From: Octopus sinensis
Lineage: Eukaryota
Length of the DNA stretch: 64,000 nucleotides
Direction of reading: 5' to 3'
Assembly: GCF_006345805.1 (NCBI RefSeq)
Contig: NC_043005.1
Coordinates: 54,994,001 to 55,058,000, forward strand
Shown here: piece after piece, positions 11,931-23,021 of the stretch
Layout: the number at the start of each line of letters is the position of its first letter
How positions within the stretch are numbered: position 1 is the first letter of the stretch
Made by a program: the position numbers and the translations under genes
Notes under the pieces: model-generated
The model's input: only the letters and a program-made list of their open reading frames with translations
What the model was told of the DNA's origin: nothing
Databases searched by the model: none

Positions 11931-13142
11931 ATAATGTTTCACATGTAGACACCCCACCATACACACACACACACATACGTGCATACACGTATAGTTCATA
12001 TGTACCTTCCTTCCAGCTGTCTTTCATAAATATGAATGATGTATATTAAACTAGAATGTATTTGCTTTCATTTATATATTGTAGACATGCATTGCTTGCC
12101 TCGTTTCATGTAAGCAACATCAGTTACGTGTGATGTGTGTGTGTGTATCTACCTGTTTAATCCATAACTGTAAGTCCGACAAAATACATCTTGTTTTGCC
12201 TGTAAGCTCCTCTTTCCCGATAACTAGCTACTGTTGATATAGAACATATTTTGTTGAATTCGCCATTTAAGGACTTCCGTCTTTGAGTTCTTTATTTTAA
12301 GTGGCCTGACCATGTTCCTATGAACTTGTCACCCCAACAATGTGAGTGTATGTGTTTATAAATCCTTGGATCTCAGCAGATTTATATTTATCAACTGCCA
12401 TCAGCTAGTTAAATTATTTTTTAGAAAATCTAAAATATTTGTAACTATGTTTAGACATTATGACTATTAAATATTTATATACACAGAACTTAATTAATTT
12501 CTTTTTTTTTTTGCATGCAAAGATGTTCCAATTGGTCAGGATATCATTATATATACTCAGAACCTTCTTTGTATAAATACACAATAGTTTTTATGCATGC
12601 CCATTGTTACAACTAGTCTGAGGTTCTGGAAAAATAATTCTGTTTGCCAAAATAGGACGTCTTAATTTTACTATTGCCCAGTGGTTAAACCAGTATTAAG
12701 TGTGGGAAATAATTCTTGACATGTATTTTATTTAGTGACAGAACCACAATTAAATAAGATACATAAGGATATATATTGTCTAAAAGAGGAAATGGAAATA
12801 TACTTGACCATAATGTTTCACATATACCCACCCAGCCATACACACACACACGCATACATGCACACACGTATAGCTCTACGTACCTTCCTTCCAGCTGTCT
12901 TTCATAAATATGAACGATGTATATTAAACTAGAATGTATTTGCTTTCATTTATATATTGTAGACATGCATCGCTTCATGTAAGCAACATCAATTACATGT
13001 GATGTGTGTGTGTGTGTGTACCTGTGCATATGTGCATGGTGTGTGTGTGTATCTACAAAACAACACCAACAGTGGTAGTGTTCTGAGCTATTCCAAACAT
13101 AATTCCTTATTAACCTTTAGCACACTGTAGGTGAATAATGTG

Positions 13143-13233
13143 GTTGTACAAGTTTTCTCCCCTCTTGATGCAACACAATGCACCTGCAGTGACAGGGGAG
13201 AAAACTTGTACAACAACTAGAGGGGAGAAAACT
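13143..13233. repeat. Perfect 21-bp inverted repeat plus a third partial arm
   Basis: gttgtacaagttttctcccct (13143-13163) is the exact reverse complement of 13194-13214; agaggggagaaaact (13219-13233) is the reverse complement of 13151-13165. Confidence 0.95.
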
Positions 13234-15024
13234 CATATGGCAACACAACGTCTGTCATCATGTGCAACAATATTTATCACGTTCTTGTGTGCTCAGATGT
13301 CGGGAGAGCTTTCACTGTAGAAATTACCTGGGAGAAAAATCTCTTCACTGTCAAAATGTGTGTAAACACAGGCTATAAACGATATCATTAGATCATAGGT
13401 CACAGATGTTTCAGTGTTAGTGTATGACATCAGCTATGAATACAAAATTTGCCTTTCACAGAAAGATAGTTCTTATTTATAAGAACAGTAAATAGTAAAT
13501 TTACTGATGTGTATAAAGCTTGATCAAGCTGGAATTAAATAACTTGAGCTACATGAAGTAGTTTTTAATAAGGTACAATCACTTACCACCATATTTAACA
13601 TGCTCATGTATGGCCAGACTTGGGGCAACCTTTCATTCTGGAAATGGTCGTGGAGAAAATCCTTCTCACAGAAAATAATGTGTAGAGGCATATTAGGCTA
13701 TAAATGATGTCACTGGAACACAAAACACATGTTTCTGTGCCATTGTGTGTTTTCAGGTATGAATATGACTGGAAAAATTTCAATACAGACACTACATGGT
13801 TTTGTGTACCATTTTCAATAAATGCAAAACTTCTCACCATCTTGTAACAACAAATTTTTTCCTGGGGGATAAGTGCAGGAAATTTTCTGACACCATCTCA
13901 CTCAAACTAAGATAGTCAATATTAAAAAGAAATATTTGCAAATATCCTTGTGTCTATTATTAATTGAAAAGATAATGACTATTCTGAATTACCAGAATAG
14001 AGAAATGCTATTATCACTTTCAAAAAATTTGCCCAGTCCATTATAACTGTTTGGAAAAAAAATCAGTTATATATGCATCCATTGCTATATCTAACATTTG
14101 TAGGGATGACTGGCAATCAATCTGAGAACAGATTCTATCAACATAATGTTACATTTAGAATGCTGCAAAGAAAAATGGATACCATGTTAACAATCCATAC
14201 TTGGCTTGTAAAAAACAAAACAATAATATATTCAGTATTATTAAATAGTGATTCGTAAGTAAAAGATGAGCTTGTAGGATCAGATGGTCTTTGAAGCTCT
14301 TATACCTTCAAAAGCTACCTTCCCAGGAACACGAAATCAAGACATAAGTTACACACATGGAATTAATTTTTCTTTCCCTCTCATGCACAAACATCACCGT
14401 AAATATCCTAATGGTTTGTCAACATCAGTCACATGAAATTTGAACACAGCCTGGCATTTTTCTCTTTCCTCTTTAAATAATATTTCATACTTTTAATGCT
14501 AATAACTTCAGAATAATCTTCTGATACCTCTCAAATACATGAACATGCAGTTATTCAATAAATTGGATTATTTATTCCCTCTAAAATAACTTGCTTTCAA
14601 AAACTCACAAAAGAAAAGATAATTTTATAATTCATTTTTCAAATAAATTCACAAATTAACCACCACTGAGCTACTTCAACAAATATATTGACATAGATAC
14701 ACACTCACGCATGCATTAAATGAATTAAACGAAGAGCTGGGCACAGGATCCCTGCAGCTGGAACAGTCAATGAAAACACTCATCCCACAAATCAAATACC
14801 TTACTTTTGAGACACGATAGTTGCTTTTATTGTAATTTTTTTTTTTAAAGAATCACTAAATGAAGGTGAAATATTAGACATTACGCTGACATTATTTAAA
14901 GAGTTTCATTATGGTGAAACTAATAGTAGTGATGTAAAAATTAAATGCCTACCTATTTATGTGTGTGTGTTTGTGTATGTACATACTTACATTGTTTATA
15001 TACACATATACACACATATATATA

Positions 15025-15215
15025 TTGTGGCATAGTGGATAGTATACTAGACTCATGATGAAGTAGTTGTGTGCTTGAATCTTGGATTGAGTGGCATGTT
15101 GTGTCCTTGAGTGATGCACTTCATTTCAAGCTGCTCCAGTGTACTTGGCTGTTACATCCTAGGTGTTCCATTGGGCCCAGGGTGGGATGGTTACTATGCA
15201 TGCTAACAACTACTT
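15025..15215 (+). mobile_element. SINE family 2 (decayed)
   Basis: gtggcatagtggatag...cttgaatcttgg...gtgtccttgagtgatgcacttcatttc. Confidence 0.65.
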
Positions 15216-15344
15216 GAGCATCTAAAACTATTACTAAACACACAGTACATGCTACTTAGTGATATTTGCTTTGCAAGTGGTAACTGTGGTTTGGTTGTGT
15301 GTGTGCATGCGCATGTGTGTCTCTCTTTTTCTCTCTCTTTCTAT

Positions 15345-15347
15345 ATG

Positions 15348-15418
<71 letters not shown>

Positions 15419-15445
15419 GTATGCAGACACATACATACACACATA
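15345..15445. repeat. (CA)n microsatellite
   Basis: About 30 uninterrupted CA units. Confidence 0.97.
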
Positions 15446-15529
15446 TGCACAAGAGTTGTTCTGAATAAGTTTTTATAAACTGACATAGGTCATTTAAATT
15501 GCTCATTTGATAGAGTAACTCTTGCTCTA

Positions 15530-16040
15530 ATGCAAAGGTAGTACTCAACATTTACCCTAGTGATTCATTTGTAGCATCATTGAATCTAACTCTTGAATCC
15601 TCTTTGAAAAAAAAATTAGACGTGCACTGTTGTACTCACCTGTTCACCACTACCTTCATCTCATTTGTATCACCAAATCATTGTCTCTGATGACTGTCTT
15701 TCATTAGAACAAGCTGGCAGAAGTCAAAGGGCATTGGATCCAGGCTGTTCAGTAGCTGGGGACATCTGACCAATTTGCCTTGTTTGTTGCCAAAGATGTG
15801 CAGCCATGCCTTATTACAGTGAAAGTGGATTATTGTCTTCAGATTCTTGTTCAACCTCTTCATCCAAATGGCCTCTCTAAGCATTTTAAGTGTCTCAATG
15901 TAGTGTTCACAGTGCAACAGCATGTCAGAAATCAAGCAAAAAATGTTTGCGTGGTGTTTGGTTTTGTAAATCTTCCTTATGTTGTTGGACATAACTAGCT
16001 GATTGGACTACTGTGACTAATTTATCCCAAGCTGGCAGTG
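15530..16040 (-). pseudogene. Mariner (DD34D-type) transposase relic, C-terminal half
   Basis: ORF 15678-15992 reads YIETLKMLREAIWMKR..IHFHCNKAWLH..CPQLLNSLDPMPFDF, a decayed form of mariner Y..TL..LR.AI..KR..LLHDNARPH..HPPYSPDLAPSDF; downstream frames give F.DTNEMKVVVNR and FFQRGIQEL. Confidence 0.75.
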
Positions 16041-16125
16041 CCTCCCATTTACATTGGCAAGTCTGTCTTAAGACTTTCAAAAACTATTCATAATCGCTAA
16101 TCAGAAAAGCTTCCACAAGAAATGT

Positions 16126-16353
16126 TTAACCCTTTAGCATTCTGATTATTCTAACTAACGTATTGCTTATTTATTCACAATGTTTTGAATTAATCATGCA
16201 TCATCCCGTAGCTTTGAGATTTAAATGATGTGATTGTTTATTTTTAGAATGACATTGTAGGTGAAGTGTGATAGGCTGAATCTGACCAGTTTGAACACAA
16301 AACAGGTCAGGTATTAGGGCTAGATATGGCTAGTTTAAATATTAAAGGGTTAA
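16126..16353 (+). mobile_element. piggyBac-type MITE
   Basis: ttaa-ccctttagc ... aaaggg-ttaa: CCC/GGG termini and TTAA at both ends; five related copies in the window. Confidence 0.85.
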
Positions 16354-17617
16354 AGCATTTTCACCAATGCTCAGAATATACTCCAGTATTCTGTTGCTTA
16401 TATGATAAACTGCTTCATTATAATACAACCGAGTTGTGTGCATTTGGGTCCACATTGTATGCTCGGTATTCTTTTTTCCCTCAGCTGTGCTACGTCTAGG
16501 ACTACATCTCACTCACAGTGGCAAGCCTGTCGGTCAAGGAATACCAGCTCAGTTTTGAGAAATCCTTGCAGAAATTCACACATAGTTCTAGTGAATGATA
16601 CCCACTTGCTGTTAACTATGGCATCCCAAGAACCCTTTGGAACAGGCATTGAAAATAGATGGGGTTTTTTTTTTTTTTTTTTTTTTTATCAACAGTTGTC
16701 ACCTACCACAAGAAGACGAAATAGCAGGCATTTCAATCTGGTTTGATATTCCCTGGGACAAGCAGGACCAGTGATTCATAAATTAGATCTTATTTCCAAA
16801 TAATACAGCTTATTTAAATTTTGATTTATATCCTCTTTACTTTGATAATCTTCAACTATGAATAATATTTATCAACAGTATTATTATCTATAAGAATAAT
16901 TCAATGTCACTTTTAGAATAAAATCTTAATTATAGAACATTAAACTCCCCAACCCCACCTCTGCTATGTTGTCACTTCCTTTCTATATCTATCCTCCATT
17001 TCCCTCTCTCATTTCTTTGACATGTTTATTTTTCGCTTTCTTTCATTGACTCTATTTATCCCCACCCTCTCTCTTTCTCTGCACCTAATTATTATACCAA
17101 AAATAGAGTATTGCACTTTCAAGCTTTAATTTCTCCATTATAACTAATGGACTAATTAACAAAATAACAGTATTATACTGAAGTCATTTTTCCAATCACC
17201 AAATATTTTTCAAGATGATCATTACAGCGCGAGTATTGGTTTTAGCTTATATTATAGTCTGGCATCAATCAGTATAGCTATCTTTTGCCTAGAAATAGCT
17301 TTTGTCATTCAGAATTGGGTCATTTTCTCTCTACACTTGGAATGTCCACTGATCTTTCTGTCTGGCTACTGTGAAGATGATAACCTATTAATAGTTCAGT
17401 GACCTGCAGTTCAACAGAGCAGTTATTTCTACCAGACTATAGGACCAATTGTGATTGATAAATATTTATGGAATTGGTGAAATAGAAATTTTTCAAGAAG
17501 TCAGCATTCAGAAATATTTATAGTTCTCAGAAAAATTGTTATTTTAAAGATTGCATAAATAGCTTTCATATGCACTCCTCTGCTATGTTCCTTTCTTCTT
17601 CCCTTATTTTCATTGTG

Positions 17618-17648
<31 letters not shown>

Positions 17649-17899
17649 CATTTTTATTTACTTTTCTTTCAACTTCACCATATGCGGAATGATGATGGTG
17701 TTATTATAAATATCATGAAATCAAAAATAATCTTTTCTTTAATTGATTCCACTTTTCTCCCTTTTGTTTTCTTTTGTTTATTATATTAAAAAGACGAAAA
17801 AGAATCATTATTATTATTTTTGTTATTCTATTATCATTATTGTTGTTGTTGTTAAATAGCAATATATTCCATAAAAGTACTTTAAGGGTTTTATCTCTA

Positions 17900-19560
17900 A
17901 AACACTAAGACATGATTGTTAATTATATATTCCTGCAAAATGTTTCTCCTCAATGATAGTTTTGTCTCTTTACCTTTATCATTTCCCCTCTTCCCCTCTT
18001 CATTGCTAATTCTTTTGACTTCCTTCTGTTTTTCTCCTTCTTTTATCTTCTTGCATTTCTTCTCTCCCACCTTCATCCTTCTTGCTTCTTCTTTCTTCTT
18101 GTCTTTTTCTGTTTTCATTTTTCTTCCACTCTTTGTCATTGTCTTAATTTCTTTCAATTTTTTTTATTGCTTCTTTTTTCTTTTTACCTTTCTTCTTCCT
18201 TTCATTTAATTATATTTGTATTTTATTTCATTTTCTATTTTGTTTTTTTTTCTTTTAACCTTATCCACCTCCCCTCCTTCCTTTTTCTACTTTCTGTTTC
18301 ATTTTTTTTGTTCTGTTTTTTTTTCTCCTCTCTAATCTTTGTCCACTTTCTTTCCTTCACATTCTTTCATTCCATTTCCTGCTTTTTCATTTCTTTCTTA
18401 TTTTTCTTCATTCCATCTTTTATTCCTTTCTTCAGTCTTCCATACATTATTTTTTCTTCCATTCACTGTTCTTTCATCTCTTTTTCCCCTGTTTTCATTC
18501 CTTATTTTCTTTTTATCATTTTTTTTCTTCATTTATCTTTAACTTGTTTTAGTCATTGGCCTACAGCCATGCTGGAGCACTCCCTTAAGGGGGTCTAGTC
18601 TTTAAAAAATCACACCCCCCCCAGTACTTATTTTCTTTTCAAGTCTGCTGCTTATTCTATCTTCTCCATTTGCTGAACCACTAGTTATAGGGATGTAAAC
18701 AAACCAACACTGGTTGTTACACGTTGGGGGAGGGCAAACACAAAATCAAAGACACACACACTAATACACACACACATACACACACATGACGGGCTTCCAC
18801 ACAGTTTTATTGGCCAACCTGGAATTATAGCAAAAGACACTTGCTCAAGGTGCCATGTAGTGGGACTGAACCCAAAACCACATGGTTGCAAAGTGAGTTG
18901 CCTGATTTTACTTACTTTTCTGCTGCCTTTTTATTTTCCATTTTCCCTCTTTTTCAAGTTATTTTTTTTCTAATAGTTTATCTCTATTCATTCTTTTTTT
19001 TTCTTTCTTTTTTTCTTCCATCTTTTTCCTAATCTTCATTCTCCTCCCTGCTCACCTCGGTACTACTCTGGGGTGGTCATAATTTATTGAACTGTGTAAT
19101 TAACCTTTTGCCTAATCAAAAGAAATCGTTATTGATATTTTTTCATTTCATTTCATTCTCCCCTCCCCATCTTCTAGTTGCTTGTTTATTTTCCTTTTTC
19201 TATTTTTTTTTCTTGATTTTCTTTCTTTCTATGTTATTTCTTCTCACTTCCTTGTTTTTTTTTTTCATATCTCATAAGTCTATTTTATTATTCTTTATGC
19301 ATTATTCTTCATTATTGTTCCCCAGTTCTCTTTTTTTCTTTCAACTTATTCTTTCTTATCCTAATTTCTTCTCTCTTTTTTTCTTCATTTTTTTCCCCTT
19401 TGCTTTCTCTTATTTTACAAGGTGTGTATATGTGTGTGTGTGTGTATCTTGTTTATTTTTTTTCTTTTTACTTTTGCTATCTGGTTTCTATCTTTCTCTG
19501 CTTTCTTCGTCATTGCTCTCCTCGCCTTCCTTTCTTTCTTCGTTATTAATTGCATCTGCT
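17900..19560. repeat. Long low-complexity pyrimidine-rich tract
   Basis: Overwhelmingly C/T on the + strand, interrupted by a SINE at 18544-18898; source of the F/L/S-rich ORFs. Confidence 0.9.
18544..18898 (-). mobile_element. SINE family 1, bipartite copy
   Basis: ttttagtcattggcctacagccatgctggagcac...(CA)n...gacacttgctcaaggtgcc..gggactgaaccc. Confidence 0.85.
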
Positions 19561-19799
19561 GTATGCGTTCAGCTCCTCTGCCTTCCCTTTCTGCTAATTC
19601 TCTGTGAAATAACTGTAAATTAGACCTGCGGTACCCAGTTCATGACAGCAGTTAATGTTATCTGTTAGTGGAATATCCATGGCAAGATTAACCTTTTTCT
19701 TTTCCTTTTTACCTGATCAACAGACTTGTATCTAATTTCAGAAGGTAGATAGATGTTAAATTAGTCAAGAATCACTCTACACACACTCAATAAGCACAT

Positions 19800-19849
19800 C
19801 AGATAGGTAGATAAATTAATAGACAGATACTGATAAATAGATAGATGGT

Positions 19850-19892
<43 letters not shown>

Positions 19893-19895
19893 GTA
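19800..19895. repeat. (GATA)n/(GACA)n microsatellite
   Basis: Read directly. Confidence 0.95.
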
Positions 19896-20529
19896 GGGAG
19901 GGAGGGCGGGTGTATTATGATTGCTTTCTCTCTTTCTTAATGTTGTGGAGTTTATTCTTTAAGAAAACGAAATAAATGTATGAAAAATAAAAATAATAAA
20001 AAGTTACAGAAATGGTCATAAAAAGTTTGTAGTCTTCAATCTTGGGAATCTCATATCCTGTTTTCTCTGCTAAATTAGAAGACTAACAATATTATTTTCT
20101 TTTGTTTGTAAATATTTCATGATTTTTTTATATGATATATTTTTTCCTTTTTAATTGCTCAAATTTCTTTGATTGTGTACAATATTAATTCTACTTCTTA
20201 TTATTTAATTAATAATAATTTTGTATTATTTTAATAATTTCTATATTGCTTCTTATTGTTATTAAATTTTTTTCCTGTTTTTGTTGTTGTTTAGGACGGT
20301 CCATACTATAAAACACAGTTGTTTAAAATAGAATATGAGAGAGAGTGTGTATGTGTGTGATTGCTGCTAATGACTTTTACCAAATATGTATATGCATCTT
20401 TTAAATTAGTAATACCTAGACAAATTTTTATAAAGTCAAATTTCATTATGTGTATGATAAACAACAGGCTATAGACTTCCTGAGGTGGACGAGGGTTGTG
20501 GTTATGGAGAAAGAGATTCGACAAATATG

Positions 20530-20757
20530 TTAACCCTTTGGTATTCACATAATTCTATTAAAACTAATGATTATTTATTCATTTTGTTTTAAATTAATCC
20601 TGCACTAACTCATAGCTTTGAGATTTTAATGAGGTAACTATTAATTTTTAGAATGATATTGTAAGGCTGGTGTGAGAGGCTAGATCTGGACAATTTGAAA
20701 TTAAAAGAAGTTGAATATTTTGGCTGGATATGGTTGGTTTAAACGCCAAAGGGTTAA
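20530..20757 (+). mobile_element. piggyBac-type MITE
   Basis: ttaaccctttgg ... caaagggttaa; interior similar to the 16126 copy. Confidence 0.8.
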
Positions 20758-20944
20758 ATATAGGTTCGCAGCAAGCTGCTTTCGGAAATACCTGAAAGCC
20801 ACAACTTCCATGTTCACACTGCTACAAATCTCCTTTATGTAAATCGTTTTCTTCTCTACCACAACTTGTTTATCATCTCTACTGTAAGGAGTTACCTGAT
20901 ATATTCTTACAAATATACTTTTTCACCTGTTATCTTTATCTTGT

Positions 20945-21200
20945 ATGCAGCCATGTTGGAGCACTGCCTTGAAAGGTTTAATTGAACAAATTGATCCCAA
21001 ATCTTATTTAAAGTTTGGAACTTATCCTATCAGTCTTTTTGGCTGAACTGCTAATTTATGGGGATGTAAACAAACAAAGAAACCCATACACACACACACA
21101 TATGCGCGCATGCACATGTATGCATGCACACTTATACACAATAAGCTTCTTTCAATTTCCAGCTACCAAATCCACTCACAAGGCTTTGGTCAACCCAGGA
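20945..21200 (-). mobile_element. SINE family 1, bipartite copy (truncated head)
   Basis: cagccatgttggagcactgccttgaa...(CA)n...aaatccactcacaaggctttggtc. Confidence 0.8.
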
Positions 21201-22796
21201 CTTGGTTGGGAAACAAACGTCTTATCACACAGTCATATCTGTGCCTATTGTTATAAGGAATATTTTTAGTTTAATAATATTTCATTAAGAAGAACTCTCT
21301 TTTTTCTAAAGAGAGTTCTATCTATTTTTCCCAGTTCCCTCTTCCAGAATCATATATATTTTCATTATACAACAATCTTGATTTTTACTGCTCAACTTTA
21401 GCTCTTCTTTCCCAATACTTCGTTACATTTTCATTTTTTGGTTGAATATCTATGGCTTCCTCTTCATTACTGTTATAATATCATATTCACTCCACTCAAC
21501 TTTTACAATTCAAAATGTCATCTTGTAAATTATTAGATCTTCAGTAACGACACTAGCTATTTAATATATGTATTGGTTAAGTAGATGTTGCCCTACATTA
21601 TCTTTTGATTATGGTCAGCAGTTCTTTTTATTTTTGTCTTATCGAATTACTATGAATATTCTATTTCCTGGTTAAGTACATTATTTACTGAAGAAAACAA
21701 AATCAAAGACGATGAACTCTTTAAAGGAAAACTGTTTAATTTCACTGCATATTCAATATTTATGACCAGGAATGTTACCCATTTTAAAGTTGGTACTACA
21801 TTTGAATCCTGTATCAAAAATTGTGCATCTTATGAAATAGCTACTCAATTTATGCAAATTTATTTTCCTGTGATTCTAATACTGAATCTAACCCCCATTT
21901 GGAAAAGGAAAAAAAGAGAGCAAAAACATTTTCTTTGAATTATGGTCAGCAATTTCTTTCTTTTTTTTTGCCTTATCAAATAACTATAAATATTCTATTT
22001 TCTGGTTAAGTACATTACTAGCTACTTTTTTAATCTTTATAATATCAACATATTTGATAGTAAATAATATTAGCAAAATCAATGGAGAGATTTTACCTCT
22101 GACTCTTCCCTTTCAATGAATGATTTCCTTTTTATTTAATCTAGCCCAGTGTATCCCCAAACCTAATAACATATCTCTTTTCACTCTTCATGATCATTTG
22201 TCTGCAATTCTTGCTCAGCTCTTCTACATTCTCTTTCAATGAGTATCTGCTTTTTATCTGTATTCTATCCTGCAATGAAAACCTTTGTATAAACTGATAT
22301 AATTTTGCAATAGTAATACACATTTCTAAACTAAAAGAGCAGTGTTCTCTTTCTCTCTCCTATCACATTTTGGCCCATTCTCTTAGATTTAATAATTGGT
22401 TTTGTACCTTCTTTCCTCACTCTATTCTGAATACGTAGTTTCTAATCAATAATCATTGCTAATTTGTCTTCCACTTGTTCTAACAGATGACAAAGGCATG
22501 CCTTACCTCATCTATTTGTTTCAGCATTCTGACATGTTAGAATATTTATGAGGACCCAGAAAGAAGCATTTGTATGACCATACACATCACCTCTCATTTC
22601 TTACCATAGCATTTGGTATTGCTGCAATCATATAACTTGGTCAAAAATAAATAGACAGCCAACAAATTAGAATCCTTCTTTACAGGTGACCGGTGGTCAG
22701 TATGTTTTACATTATTTAAGAGTATGATTTGACTGTTATTTTGCTACTTAGCACCTATCAATTACATGCTGGAATGTTCTGTCTCTAGGCTCTTAT

Positions 22797-23021
22797 TTAA
22801 CCCTTTAGCATTTAAACTGGCCACGATCAGCCCAAATATGCTCTGTTTTACTGTTCAAACTAGACAGATCCAGCTCTCACACCTATCCTACAATGTCATT
22901 CTAAAAATAAAGTTACATCATCAGAATCTCAAAGCTATGATATAATGCAAAATTAATTGAACATGATGTGAATAAAGAAGCATTACATCTGACAGAGTAA
23001 TCTGAATGCTAAAAGTTTTAA
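22797..23021 (-). mobile_element. piggyBac-type MITE (opposite orientation)
   Basis: ttaaccctttagcatttaaactggcc ... gtaatctgaatgctaaaag; reverse of the 16126 copy. Confidence 0.8.

Larger units (their letters stand above)
10838..13024 (+). repeat. Composite local duplication
   Basis: 12679-12802 copies 10838-10961; 12801-13024 copies 11922-12155. Confidence 0.92.

Noticed and set aside
13604-13900. Mariner-like phrases (GCPKSG) and TIR-like ends
   Set aside because: The TIR-like motifs are in the same orientation and the translation is ambiguous.
14709-14757. 49-nt minus-strand candidate exon, phase-compatible with the 25725 and 4423 candidates
   Set aside because: The joined peptide is unrecognisable and such phase matches arise easily by chance.
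17897-19623. F/L/S-rich membrane-like ORFs and a K/E-rich antisense ORF
   Set aside because: Artefacts of the pyrimidine tract.
21291-21319. 12-bp inverted repeat agaactctcttt/aaagagagttct
   Set aside because: Low-complexity CT/AG arms; plausible by chance in 64 kb.
22686-22695. Possible 10-nt microexon (ctttacag|GTGACCGGTG|gtcagt)
   Set aside because: Frame-shifting length and no host gene to anchor it.
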